Shown here in pieces: positions 27,855 to 46,269 of a stretch of DNA of 64,000 bases (its first letter is position 1; each line of letters opens with the position of its first letter). The notes beneath the pieces were generated by a model. The model was not told the origin of the DNA and made no database searches. It worked only from the letters and a program-made list of their open reading frames with translations. This DNA is from the human T2T-CHM13v2.0 reference genome, Homo sapiens. The stretch is taken from assembly GCF_009914755.1 (NCBI RefSeq), contig NC_060935.1; one strand, written 5' to 3'. Position numbers and translations under genes: made by a program.

Positions 27855-28226
27855 AGAGACAGAATTGTATCCTCCCAAATTCATATGTTGAAGCCCTAAC
27901 CCACAATGTGATTGTATTTTGAGGCAGGGCCTTCACGGAGGCAATTAAGGTAATGAAGGGTATAAGAGTGTGGCCCAATTCAGTAGAACTGCTATCTTCA
28001 TAAGAAGAGGAAGACCTAGCAGCGATCTCTCTCTTTCTCCACGTGAACAGAAGAAAGGCAATGTGAGGACACAGTAAGGAGGCAGCCATCTGTAAGTCAG
28101 GAAGAAAGCCCTCCCCAAGTCAGGAAGAAAACCCAACCCTGATGGCACCTTAATCTGGACCACTTTCTACTGTTTATATCCAGTCTGTGGTATTTTGTTA
28201 TGGCTGCCCTATCAGAAGAATATACT
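27855..28226 (+). mobile_element. MLT1A/B MaLR solo LTR
   Basis: cccaaattcatatgttgaagccctaacccacaatgtg...ggtattttgttatggctgccct. Confidence 0.85.
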
Positions 28227-28548
28227 TCCCCCTATTTTTCCGAATACATCCTTTTTAAGTCAAAATGATGAGGCTGGGAAGCCATATGATGGAGCTACTC
28301 TCCTGATGATTGCTGACAACAGAATTAAGCCCTAGTGACAGCAGAACCAGGGTCTCTGGCTACTGCTATGACTCCAAATCTGATTTCTACCCTGGAGGAA
28401 CACACATTATAATGACTAGTCCTCCCTCAGAATGGAGCCTCTTGATTATTTATAAGAGCATATGAAGAATAGGTGAATAATGATGGAGCACTTTACTTTC
28501 TGCAATCCCACAATGATATTAACCCTTCTGTAACTGGTCTTTTCCAAA

Positions 28549-28802
28549 CCACGCTTTCTCAATCTCAGTACTGTTGAAATTCAGGCCAATTGTTGGGGGC
28601 ATCCTGTACACTGCAGGATGGTTAGCAGCATCCCTGGCCTCTACCCACTAATTATACTCACAAATGTTATAGAACGTTTAAAAGCAAGTTTTTATTTATT
28701 TATGCCGGTAGCACCCCTTCCCCAGTCATGACAATTTAAAATGTCTTCAGGCATAGCCAGATGTCTCCGGGGGAACAAAATCACTCTGTTTAAGAACCAC
28801 TG
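28549..28802. mobile_element. MER20 with an about 50-bp internal insertion
   Basis: ttagcagcatccctggcctctacccacta [insert 28651-28701] tgccggtagcacccc...aagaaccactg. Confidence 0.8.
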
Positions 28803-29072
28803 TTAAGCCTTTAGTGGTTCTGGGTTACTGTTATTAAAACCTGTCAACCTCTGACAAACCTGTGTCAAAAATAAGTGATAATGAAAAGTAATACTGTATT
28901 TCCCCCTCAAATATAAGCATTGGGACAAGAATTTGTGAAGAGAAAAAAATTCTTGTGATACCAGCAGGAAATATATTATTTCTTGGGAGATAGTATGTAT
29001 CCATATTTTGCGTTACACAAAGGTATTTTCTCTGGAGATATAGATATGGATGTAGATATAGACATAGGTGTA

Positions 29073-29482
29073 TGTATTAGGACGTTCTTGCTTTGCTATA
29101 AAGAAATGCCTGAGACTGGGTAATTTATAAAGAAAAGAGGTTGAATTGGCTTACAATGCTGCAGGCCTTACAGGAATCATGGTGCCAGCATCTGCTTGGC
29201 CTCTAGGGAAGCCTCAGGAAGCTTCCAAACCCAGCAGAAGGCAAATGGGAAGCAGGTATCTCACACGGTGAAAGCAGGAACAAGTGCGAGAGAGTGCCAG
29301 GGGAGGTGCCATGCACTTTTAAATAACCAGATCTCAAGAGAACTCACTATGGCAAAGACAGCACCAAGCCATGAGGGATTCACCCCCGTGACCCAAACAC
29401 CTCCCACCAGGGCTCATCTCCAGCACTGGGGATTACAATTAAACATGAGATTTGGATGGGGATAAATATCCAAATTATATCA
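29073..29482 (-). mobile_element. MST-family MaLR solo LTR
   Basis: tgtattag...gctataaagaaatgcctgagactgggtaatttataaagaaaagagg...atccaaattatatca. Confidence 0.9.
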
Positions 29483-29584
29483 GCAAAGATATCTCCACAT
29501 ATATAATAGTCATATGAGTTTTCACATATCTATACACTCATGAAACCAACAGCACAATCAAGATGTAAAACATTTAAAAGCAAG

Positions 29585-29724
29585 TTTTTATTTGTTTATT
29601 TACTTATTTTTAGAGACAGGATCTCACTATGTTGCCAAGGCTGGCCTCAAATTCCTGGGCTCAAAGGATCCTCCTCATCCTCTAGAATACTAAGACTATA
29701 GATGCCCACCACTGTGTTGGGCCT
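29585..29724 (-). mobile_element. Alu monomer (FLAM-like)
   Basis: tagagacaggatctcactatgttgccaaggctggcctcaaattcctgggctcaa. Confidence 0.8.
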
Positions 29725-29894
29725 TTTTAAATTTAAAAATTTAAGGGAAGCACAAAGTTTATTAGTTTCAGAGAAAGTCATATGATGTACATGGGGGATA
29801 TTCATGAGTTATCCCATGAACATACAAAAATAAATGCCACTTTACCTCCTTTTTAAACTTAAACAGCTATAGGAACTTGCATTCTTGATTTTTT

Positions 29895-31108
29895 TCAAAT
29901 GTACAATTAAGTTATTATTGACTGTAGTCACTCTGTTTTGCTATCAAATAGCAAGTCTTATTCACTCTTTCTAACTATGATGGAACACTTTACTGTCTGC
30001 TATCCCACAGTGATATTCACCCTTTCGTAACAGATCTTTTCCAAACCAGGCTTTCTCAATTTCACCATCCCCACCTCCCAGCAGCACATCTGAAGCCCAT
30101 CTGAAGGATAGTTACCAGAGGATGGGAAGGGTATGGGGGATTGAGGGGAGGTGGGGATGGTTGAACTCTCATGAGTTCAATTGTTTTCATTTCTAGACCC
30201 CACAAATAAGTGAGAACATGGAATGTTTGTCTTTCTGTTCCTGGCTTATTTCACTTAACATAATGATATTCAGTTTCATCCATGTTGCTGCAAATGACTG
30301 AATCTCATTCGTGATTAAATAGTACTCCATTGTGTATATATGTTACATTCTCTTTATCCATTCATCTGCTGGTGGACACTTAGGTTGCTTCCAAATCTTA
30401 GCTATTGTAAACAGTGCTGCAGTAAACATAAGAGTGTACATATCTCGTCAATATACTGATTTCCTTTCTTTTGAGTATATACCCAGCAGTGGAATTGCTA
30501 GATCATATGGTAGCTCTATTTTTAGCTTTTTGAGGAACCTCCAAACTGTTCTCCATAGTGGTTGTACTAATTTACATTCCCACCAACAGTGTACAAGGAT
30601 TCCCATTTCTCCACATCCTCGCCACTATTTGTTGTTGCCTGTCTTTTGGATATAAACCATTTTAACAGGGTGAGATGATGATATCTCATTATAGTTTTGA
30701 TTTGCATTTCTCTGATGATCAATGATGTTGAGCACCTTTTTATATGCCTGTTTGCCATTTGTATGTCTTCTTTCAAGAAATGTCTATTCAAATCTTTTGC
30801 CCATTTCTTATCAGATTATTAGATTTTTTTTCCTATAGAGTCACCTGAGGTCCTTACATATTCTGGTTATTAATCCCTTGTCAGATGGGTAGTTTGCAAA
30901 TATCTTCGCCCATATTGTAGATTATCTCTTCACTTTATTGATTGTATTCTTTGTTGCGCAAAAGCTTTTTAACTTGATGTGATCCCATTTGTCTGTCTTT
31001 GCTTTGCTTGCCTGTGCTTGTGGGGTATTACTCAAGAAAGCATTGCCCAGTCCAATGTTCTGGAGATTTTCCCCAATGTTTTCTTGTAGTAGTTTCATAG
31101 TTTGAGGG
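29895..31108 (-). mobile_element. L1MA 3' portion with internal rearrangement
   Basis: ttattgactgtagtcactctg 3' end; minus ORF2 remnants ([13 protein letters not shown]..., KWDHIKLKSFC). Confidence 0.85.
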
Positions 31109-31149
31109 CTTGCACTCAACTGGGTATTGTCAAAAAATATCAGAGATCT

Positions 31150-32527
<1,378 letters not shown>

Positions 32528-32874
32528 TCAAGTGATTTATGTGAATTCAGATGTCACAATAACATAGAGGTTTTATTACACAGGTGTAACTTATTTGTCA
32601 GGTACTACTTTCTGGCATTCTCACAGTATGGCATGCCTGGTTTACTTTCTGGAAAGAATAATCATTTATTCATTTATCCAAACATTCGCTAAATATCTCT
32701 GACCACCTTTTACATGTCAGGCCCTGTGCTAGGCAATGGTGGTATAATGGTGAAGCAGAGAGACATGGTCTACACCCTTACAGAGTTAAGAGATTAGCTT
32801 GAAAGACTGACACTGAATGAGTTCATTTCAAGGGTAAGGAGAGCTACAAAGGGGAGGTCAAGTGCATTCTGAAA

Positions 32875-33332
32875 GCTGTGGTCACTCCAGTGGCTGCCCA
32901 TATCCCCTCAGCATTCACCAGGCAAACCCTTAGCTTCTTCCTGTAAGCACCTCAATACTCAGTCCTGAGTGAGGACTTCTCTGACCTGCAGTGGGTAGGG
33001 GCATGGTTAGCCCCTGTAGGCTATTGGGGCCGGGGAATCGATGCCCTCAGGACCATCCTCAACTGATGATAAATGAGAGTTAACCACCCAGCTTCCTCAC
33101 CCTTTGGGTAAGACAATTCTGAGCGTATTTTCTCCTGTCTCCCAGGGTTCTCAGTGAAACCAAGCCCCAGTTACCCATCTCCCAATAACTTGTTTGTTAG
33201 CGTATCCTGATTGGCTTTTCTTCCTCCCTCATCTCCCCATTTTCCTACCATAGCTTTCTAAGACTCCCTCCCTAATAAACTACTTGCACTAAAACCCCCA
33301 TATAAGGGTGTTTTTGGGGGAACCCAACTGGA
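32875..33332 (+). mobile_element. LTR16-like ERVL solo LTR
   Basis: ccagcttcctcacccttt...gacaattctgag...ctccctaataaactacttgcact...gggggaacccaact. Confidence 0.65.
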
Positions 33333-33682
33333 GCATATAACAAGGGGACCTGACCTAGACCTGGGTGGGCCTGGATCTTGGAGGGCCTTATCAGCCATGT
33401 CAGAAACTCTTTCCTAAGAGATCTGTGGAAAGTCATTTATGGTCTTAAACAAGGGAATGGGTCTGTGGAAGAATGCGAAGACAGGAATGAATTCAGGATA
33501 GCTGGGTAGGAAGCCATCTCATCAGTCAACTCAGGAAAGATTGGGACCTGTACTAGGGAGGAGGCAGTGAAGAGAGAGCCTACCATAGTGCCTAGCTCAT
33601 AGTAGCTGCTCAACAAATATCATCCAAAATACTTTTGGATGAAAATTAATGACTCGGTTAAATCTACTGTAGAATGTGTTCA

Positions 33683-34132
<450 letters not shown>

Positions 34133-35949
34133 TCATTTACTAAATACGGAACATAGCCTTGAGGAGGAGGGGCAAATTGGAGGGGGTGGAAGATAATGAG
34201 TTTGGGGCATGGTGCGACTGTGAGCCATCTAACTGATGCTGAGTGTGTGTGTGCAGGCTTGGAGCTGGGTCCAAGATGCATATTTGGGTCCCATCAAATT
34301 TAGACACTAACTAGGTGGAGAAAGCCCTCTCTGGTTACATGGGAAATGTGACACAGAAAAGTTTCACATTCTCCTACTTTCCAGCATTCTCACATAACAG
34401 TTAAAAGGCTACAAGGAAGAATTAACATTTATTGAGAACCTACTATGTGCCAGGAATTGTACCCAGTAATCTTCAGAACAGCCCTGAGAAGTATGCAATA
34501 TTATGTCCATTTTATAGATAAGGAAATTGAGACACAGAAAGGTAGAGTAACTCATCCAAGGTCACACAACTAGTAAGCAGCTTCAGAACCCTGAACTGAC
34601 CCCAAGTTCATGTTCTTAAACAAAATAAGCATCAACAAAGTGTGGTTACAGAAAGTATATCTCTCAGTCTCACCAGATGCCTCAGTGGGTAGTTCCCAAA
34701 GTCAGGGGCATTCGATAGAAGAAGGATTTTTCAATTTCAGGGTCAAAGAATATTCTTCTCTGCAATACCCCTTTCAACTGTTGATGGCTTCACTTGGACA
34801 GCCTCCTCTCCAAGCAGTCCCCCTGTTGGTGACTCTATCGTGTAAGCCCTAGCTGAAGCCTCTCAATTTCTGTCTCAGTAAATTTGCCTTTTGTAGACAT
34901 TTCATTTACATAGAATAAGAAAGTGGTCTTCTGGCAGTGGGTGTTCTTAGCTAGTGTGCTGTATAAAGGGTAAAATAGTATGTCCTCAAAACCATATGAA
35001 GCGTGTAGGGAGTAATTCACAACCTTATTATTCCCTTATTTAAAAATGGAGCACAGTACCTTGGGTTTGCTAATATTGGTACATATTCCTGAAAATGTCA
35101 TTTTATTTTCCTTTCCATAAACACAGTTCTTAAAATATGGAAGTTAGAATGTATACTGCCTCATTCTCCAGATGTGAGGTAGTGTTACTCCACATATTCT
35201 CTGGTGGTGTGGTAATAGTAGTTTCATAGACTACTTCCTGGTGTGGAGGTGGGCATCTCACCTGAGTCATAGAAGACTTCAGAGATTAGGCAAGCTGATA
35301 ACTTGAGCCAAAGAGATGAGGTCATTCTTTTTGCCAGTCACTGCAATCTTGCAAAGGGCAGAGCCTGAGACAAGCTCCTTGGACCAGAAACTGGAACCAA
35401 GTGAGTGACCCTTAGGCAAAAGAAAGATTGAAACTGTGGTCAGTGGAACTCATTCTGGAACCTGACCCTGTCCTGCCTGTTCCCAGCCTCCTCTACACTT
35501 GCCAGAGTGAACTTCTGTCATCATCACAGAGCCTGTAATCTTCTGTATGGCTCAGAGGACCCGCCATGATTTGTCCCTACTTGCTTCTCCAGCCTCCTGT
35601 CTCACTTCTCTCCTATCCCTGGGAGCCTATTATCCAACCATGGTAATCTCTTCTGCTCCATTAGAAACTCATCATTTTCGTTTTTACCTCTAGGGCTTTG
35701 TGTTTGCAATGCCCTCTGTCCCAGGCCCTCCCACTCAATGTTCCAGTCTTCCTGCACATTGTCAAGTTCCTGCTCATTGTCAAGTTTTAATTTAGATCTC
35801 AATTCCTCTGGAAAATTTTCCCTGACTCTCAAGACTGGATTAGGTTTTCCACAGCACCTTGCTTTTACCCCTTTTCTGGAAAGTATCCAACTGTTTTATA
35901 ATTGCAGAATAACTTGATTGCTCATCACTTCCCCTAAAATGAGAACTCC

Positions 35950-36131
35950 TTCAGGCAGAGATAGAATCTGTCCAACATCTGACCTCATGAGTTACAACAA
36001 GCTACAACTGCCCAATGAAGTTGCTCCCAAATTCCTGATCCACAGAAACTGGGAGATAATAAATGATTATTATTGTCTTGAATTGCTAAATTTTGGAGTA
36101 ATTTGTTGTGCAATAATAGACAACTAATACA
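35950..36131 (+). mobile_element. MLT1 LTR 3' fragment
   Basis: cccaaattcctgatccacagaaactgggagataataaatg...atagacaactaataca. Confidence 0.7.
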
Positions 36132-36152
36132 CTAACAAAACTAATTAGTTTA

Positions 36153-37080
<928 letters not shown>

Positions 37081-37085
37081 TATGA

Positions 37086-37719
<634 letters not shown>

Positions 37720-37729
37720 GAAACCATTT

Positions 37730-39345
<1,616 letters not shown>

Positions 39346-39821
39346 CCTTTTGTGTTCATATTTTAAAACTATAGCAAGCAGGCAGCAATTCATTGTTGCT
39401 AAATACTCTTGTGATGTCACATGCTAAAGCCCTCAGGCACAATTCAAATCATATAGTCCAGGTTCCTGGGATAAGAAACCCTGGCTCCAGCTTACTGTCC
39501 TGGGCTCCTCTTATATCTGAGAAAACAAAGAGATCATAAGAGTAATTTCAAACATTAATTAGGCAGACGAAGTAAGAAGGAAAAAAAAGACATGTGGTAT
39601 CTTTTTGCCAGAATTCTGGTTATTTAAGTTAAACTTGGTTTGGAGAGACAAAGAAAAAAAAGTGAACTGCAGGTATGTGCCTCTGGCTTAAAGTGAAAAA
39701 ATATGACCCTTATAAACAGTGAGACACCATCCCATTTTATAATACAATATTGCAACGTGACAATGGACGTTGGGTTAAAACAATCTCCTTCTTAAAGGTA
39801 GCATATACTTTCTTCCTCTTA

Positions 39822-41869
<2,048 letters not shown>

Positions 41870-43035
41870 AAGAGAATATTTTAGTTCATGATTATTTATT
41901 TTTGCAAAACATCTATTTAATTGTTTCAAGTTTGTGAGGAACAAAGTTATTGGACAGGAAGTTGTAGCAAAAATTTTCTATTTCTCAAAAGTAACTGCTG
42001 TAGGTAAAATGTCTGATTTACCAAAAGTTTGAACTGGTTCGCAAAGGCAGTAAGTTCATTCCTAGTTCGGGTCTTTACAAATTATTGTGAGATTTAATAA
42101 TAATAAGACCCTGCAGTTGTTTCTGTTTAGCAATTGCTCATCTCAAACAGGTTCTTTGTGGTTTTTCCAAAAACAGACAGCATATTTGGCTTCTTCTACT
42201 ATAGATACTTTCCTACGTCTATTTCTACATCATTCAACATGGCAAGGCTAACAGAAAATCAAGGTCAAATGAGGAAACTCAGCAAATGGTTTTTATCTGG
42301 CTTCACACTGACCACCAACTGGTAAACACTATAAGAAAAACTGTGCAGGATATAAATGATAGGTAAAAGTACATTTTTTCACTATGGGCCCAGGCTCTCA
42401 TAATAGAAGCAGGCCTAAGATTTAAAACAAATGATGTGGGAATCAATTCAAAGTGCTGAAGAATCACAAATTGCTTTTCTATTTAACTAAAAAATCTCCA
42501 TGCTTTAAAAATTTTCCGCTGGTAGCTTTTTCTCCTGAATTTGCACTCTTAATAATTTTATCCTATAATCCCATCTGATGATGTTATTTTAGGGAAAACC
42601 AGGTTAACAGAAGAACATTTATCAGATGTGTAGATCATAGCAAATTCCTGGCACTTAATAAACACAATACTGATAGACTAAAGGGAGGTTAAAATGAGGT
42701 GGAACACGTAAGTTATCTCTAACAATGATTAATTTTTGTATATTTTACTGATGAGAAAAACTCCTTTAACCAAAAGCTGCTTAATATTTTTATTAACTGC
42801 TTCAGTTCCCTTCAAGTTCTTAATACGTTATTAATATAACACAGCATGAATAAAAAATATGATAATCCATTTTTTAAAAAACAAATTCAAGAATGCCAAA
42901 CAGGTGACTTACGAAGGGAGCAGGGAAGCCTAAAGGGGCCTCATTTCTGTCTTCCTGGGACAAAAGGATAAGTAATTGACTGAAATGTAACTACCAGGAC
43001 ATAGACGCTCCTAGGATGTAAAAGAAAGTTGTCTG

Positions 43036-44373
43036 CCTCCCCCTCCCCCTCTCCCTCTCCCCACGGTCTCCCTCTCCCTCTCTATCCACAGTCTCCCTCT
43101 GATACCCAGCGGAAGCTGGACTGTACTGCTGCCATCTCGGCTCACTGCAACCTCCCTGCCTGATTCTCCCGCCTCAGCCTGCCGAGTGCCTGCGGTTGCA
43201 GGCGCGCACCGCCACACCTGACTGGTTTTCGTATTTTTTTTGGTGGAGACGGGGTTTCACGTGTTGGCTGGGCTGATCTCCAGCTCCTAACCGCGAGTGA
43301 TCTGCCAGCCTCGGCCTCCCGAGGTGCCGGGATTGCAGACGGAGTCTCGTTCACTCAGTGCTCAATGTTGCCCAGGCTGGAGTGCAGTGGCATGATCACG
43401 GCTAGCTATAACCTCCACCTCCCAGCCGCCTCCCTTGGCCTCCCAAAGTGCCAAGATTGCAGCCTCTGCCCGGCCGCCACCCCGTCTGGGAAGTGAGGAG
43501 TGTTTCTGCCTGGCCGCCCATCGTCTGGGATGTGAGGAGCCCCTCTGCCCGCCTGCCCAGTCTGGGAAGTCAGGAGCACCTCTGCCCGGCCGCGACCCCG
43601 TCTGGGAGGTGAGGAGCGTCTCTACCCGGCCGCCCCGTCTGAGAAGTGAGGAGCCCCTCCGCCCAGCAGCCGCCCCGTCTGAGAAGTGAGGAGCCCCTGC
43701 GCCCGGCAGCCACCCTGTCTGGGAAGTGAGGAGCGCCTCCGCCCGGCCGCCTCCCCGTCCGGGAGGTCGGGGGCGCCTCTGCCCGGCCGCCCCTTCTGGG
43801 AAGCGAGGAGCCCCTCTGCCCGGCCGCCACCCCGTCTGGGAGGCGTACCCAACAGCTCATTGAGAACAGGCCATGATGACAATGGCGGTTTTGTGGAATA
43901 GAAAAGGGGGAAATGTGGGGAAAAGATAGAGAAATCAGATTGTTGCCGTGTCTTGAGTAGAAAAAAGTAGACATAGGAGACTCCATTTTGTTCTGTACTA
44001 GGAAAGATTCTTCTGCCTTGGGATGCTGTTGATCTATGACCTTGCCCCCAACCCGGTGCTCTCTGAAACATGTGCTGTGTCCACTCAGGGTTAAATGGAT
44101 TAAGGGCGGTGCAAGATGGGCTTTGTTAAACAGATGCTTGAAGGCAGCATGCTCCTTAAGAGTCATCACCACTCCCTAATCTCAAGTACCCAGGGACACA
44201 AACACTGCGGAAGGCCACAGGGTCCTCTGCCTAGGAAAACCAGAGACCTTTGTTCACTTGTTTATCTGCTGACCTTCCCTCCACTATTGTCCTATGACCC
44301 TGCCAAATCCCCCTCTGCGAGAAACACCCAAGAATGATCAATAAAAAAAAAAAAAAAAAAGAAGAAAAGAAAA
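43036..44373 (+). mobile_element. SVA (B/C-like), short hexamer head and short VNTR
   Basis: CCCTCT-type head, antisense Alu-like domain, gtctgggaagtgaggagc VNTR units, SINE-R ending aaacacccaagaatgatcaataaa plus poly(A). Confidence 0.97.
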
Positions 44374-44987
44374 GGGCCCCAAAGTGACGTCAGCCCCATC
44401 TCAAATTCAAACCCCATAGTAAACGAACAAGATAGACCTTAACTACTGACTAATTCTCCAAAGCAAAAAGTCAGGAAAATAAAAAAATCTCGTTAAGCTG
44501 TAAAAAATAAAAATAAAAATAAAAATACATATCCAGGTACATACTCTTTCTTTCTTTGAGACAGAGGCTCGCTCTGTCACCCGTGCAGTGGCAGTCTCGG
44601 CTCACTGAGATCTCAGCCTTCCAGGCTCAAGCAATTCTTCGGCCTCCACCTCCGAAGTAGCTGGGACTACAGGCACTCACCACTATGCCTGGCTAATTTT
44701 TCGTAGAGATGGGGTTTCGCCATGTTGCCTACGCTGGTCTCAAACTCCTTACCGCAAGCAATCTGTCCACCTCGGCCTCCCAAACTGCTGAGATTACAGG
44801 CGTGAGGGATTGTAGGCGTGAGGGATTACAAGCATGAGCCACCGCGCCCTGCTATATTACTTATTTCTTAAACACCTGCAATTCATTAAAATACACCATG
44901 TATAAATTATAAATCATAATATTATCAAGAACTGTTATTTCTAAGTGCTGAATAAATGAATATTTCCACTCATTAAAAAAAAAAAAA
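44374..44987 (+). mobile_element. SVA 3'-transduced sequence
   Basis: No TSD after the SVA tail; AATAAA at 44951-44956, A13 at 44975-44987; aaagttgtc at 44985-44993 (overlapping the last three As) matches 43025-43033 at the SVA 5' end. Confidence 0.8.
44545..44852 (-). mobile_element. AluJ inside the transduced segment
   Basis: Reverse Alu with a triplicated ggattacaggcgtgag-like unit at about 44791-44838. Confidence 0.9.
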
Positions 44988-45319
44988 GTTGTCCGTTCAA
45001 AGCCAGTGTCAAGTACCAAAAAAAGAAAATTATCTTGCGGCAGATAATGAGAAATAATGCAGGAGAGGAAAGAGGAACTTTAAAGGCTGTACGTGTAGGA
45101 TTTTCTTTTTCTCTCTCGGAGGAAAGAACAGCAAAAAGCGAAGAGTGGGAAATGCTGGACTTAAATTCCTTTCTTTAGGTTTACGAACAAAAAAGGAAAG
45201 CGAGAAGAAAAACAGAATCAAGGACTTATACAGCAGGAAGTTGCCCTGTAAGCATTTAGTCCAGGGACCTGCCATTCTTATTAAGAGCTAAAACCAAAGA
45301 ATTAGTGCACGAAAGTAGA

Positions 45320-46220
45320 AAGAAGACAAGCCGCCATTGTGGAAGGAGCGCAGCGGGACAGAGGCGCGCAGAAGCCTCACCAGACAACCAGGCCCCGTCC
45401 CCGTCCCCCGAACTGTGCGGAAAGCGCCACCGAGTCCAGGCGTCTCATTTTACAGCGGAAGACACAAACTCTGAGATCCAAATGACCTGCTCACGGTCAC
45501 AGCACGAAGCCCGTGGGCCCTGTGTCTACAGTCACCAACTTCCAGGCTTGCGACTAAAGGGAGCCAACGAGCGCGTGAGCGTTTGAGACCAGCTGGCTGA
45601 GGGACGCCGAAAATCCCGCGCGGAGGAAGGCGGGAGAGCGCTACCGCTGCTACCAAGGCGGCGGCGCGGGCGCTCGGCCGGGACCCTTCCCTGCGTCGCC
45701 ACCAGATGGCGCGCTCGGCCCGCCGTTCGCGGCTAAGCTAGGGCGGGTGGGGAGGGAGTAGGGAGGAGGACGTCGGTTGCCTTGGAAATGCAGGGCGCAG
45801 CAGCCGCTGCAGTGGAGCCGGTAGGCCTGGCCGGCGGGCTGAAAGGAAGTGCGAGCTGTCCGCCCAGGGCCGGGTATCCGCCCCTGCAGGCTGTGGAGGG
45901 GATGTCAGGAGACTGGCTGGCCTCTTTTCTTGGCCCCCGACTCCTTCCAGTCTGACACTGAAGACTTTATAAGCTTCCCCCCGACCACCCTCCACGGGCT
46001 CCACTCTCCACGGGCCTGGGCTTGCGCCGCTTCGAGATCAGCCTGGGGGTCGCGCCCTCCTGGTCTTGTCCACGAAGCGCCGTTCTTGGGCCGTTAGGAG
46101 CTGCTGGGAAGGGCTCTGATAGGCCCACTCCTCTTCTCCACCCAGGAGATGAGAAGGAGGGCAGGCCTTTTTAATCTGATCAGAATGTTAACCCATCTCT
46201 CCGCCTTGCGGTAGAACCCC
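45320..46220 (+). promoter_or_regulatory. CCDC83: CpG-island promoter of CCDC83
   Basis: CpG-dense; CTCF-like CCACCAGATGGCGC at 45699-45712; GC box gggcgg at 45741-45746; X-box-like GTTGCCTTGGAAAT at 45776-45789. Confidence 0.8.
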
Positions 46221-46269
46221 TGGATACATTATTTGCCCTCTCGAAAGGCAGGCTCTGAATTTGATTCAG
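45780..46269 (+). other. CCDC83: CCDC83 non-coding exon 1 (start approximate)
   Basis: Donor CAG|GTTTGT at 46269/46270 at the 3' edge of the CpG island; upstream of the ATG-containing exon. Confidence 0.55.

Noticed and set aside
43470-43840. CRISPR-like repeat/spacer pattern and 150-200 aa ORFs
   Set aside because: This is the SVA VNTR/SINE-R; eukaryotic DNA, no cas genes, no unique spacers
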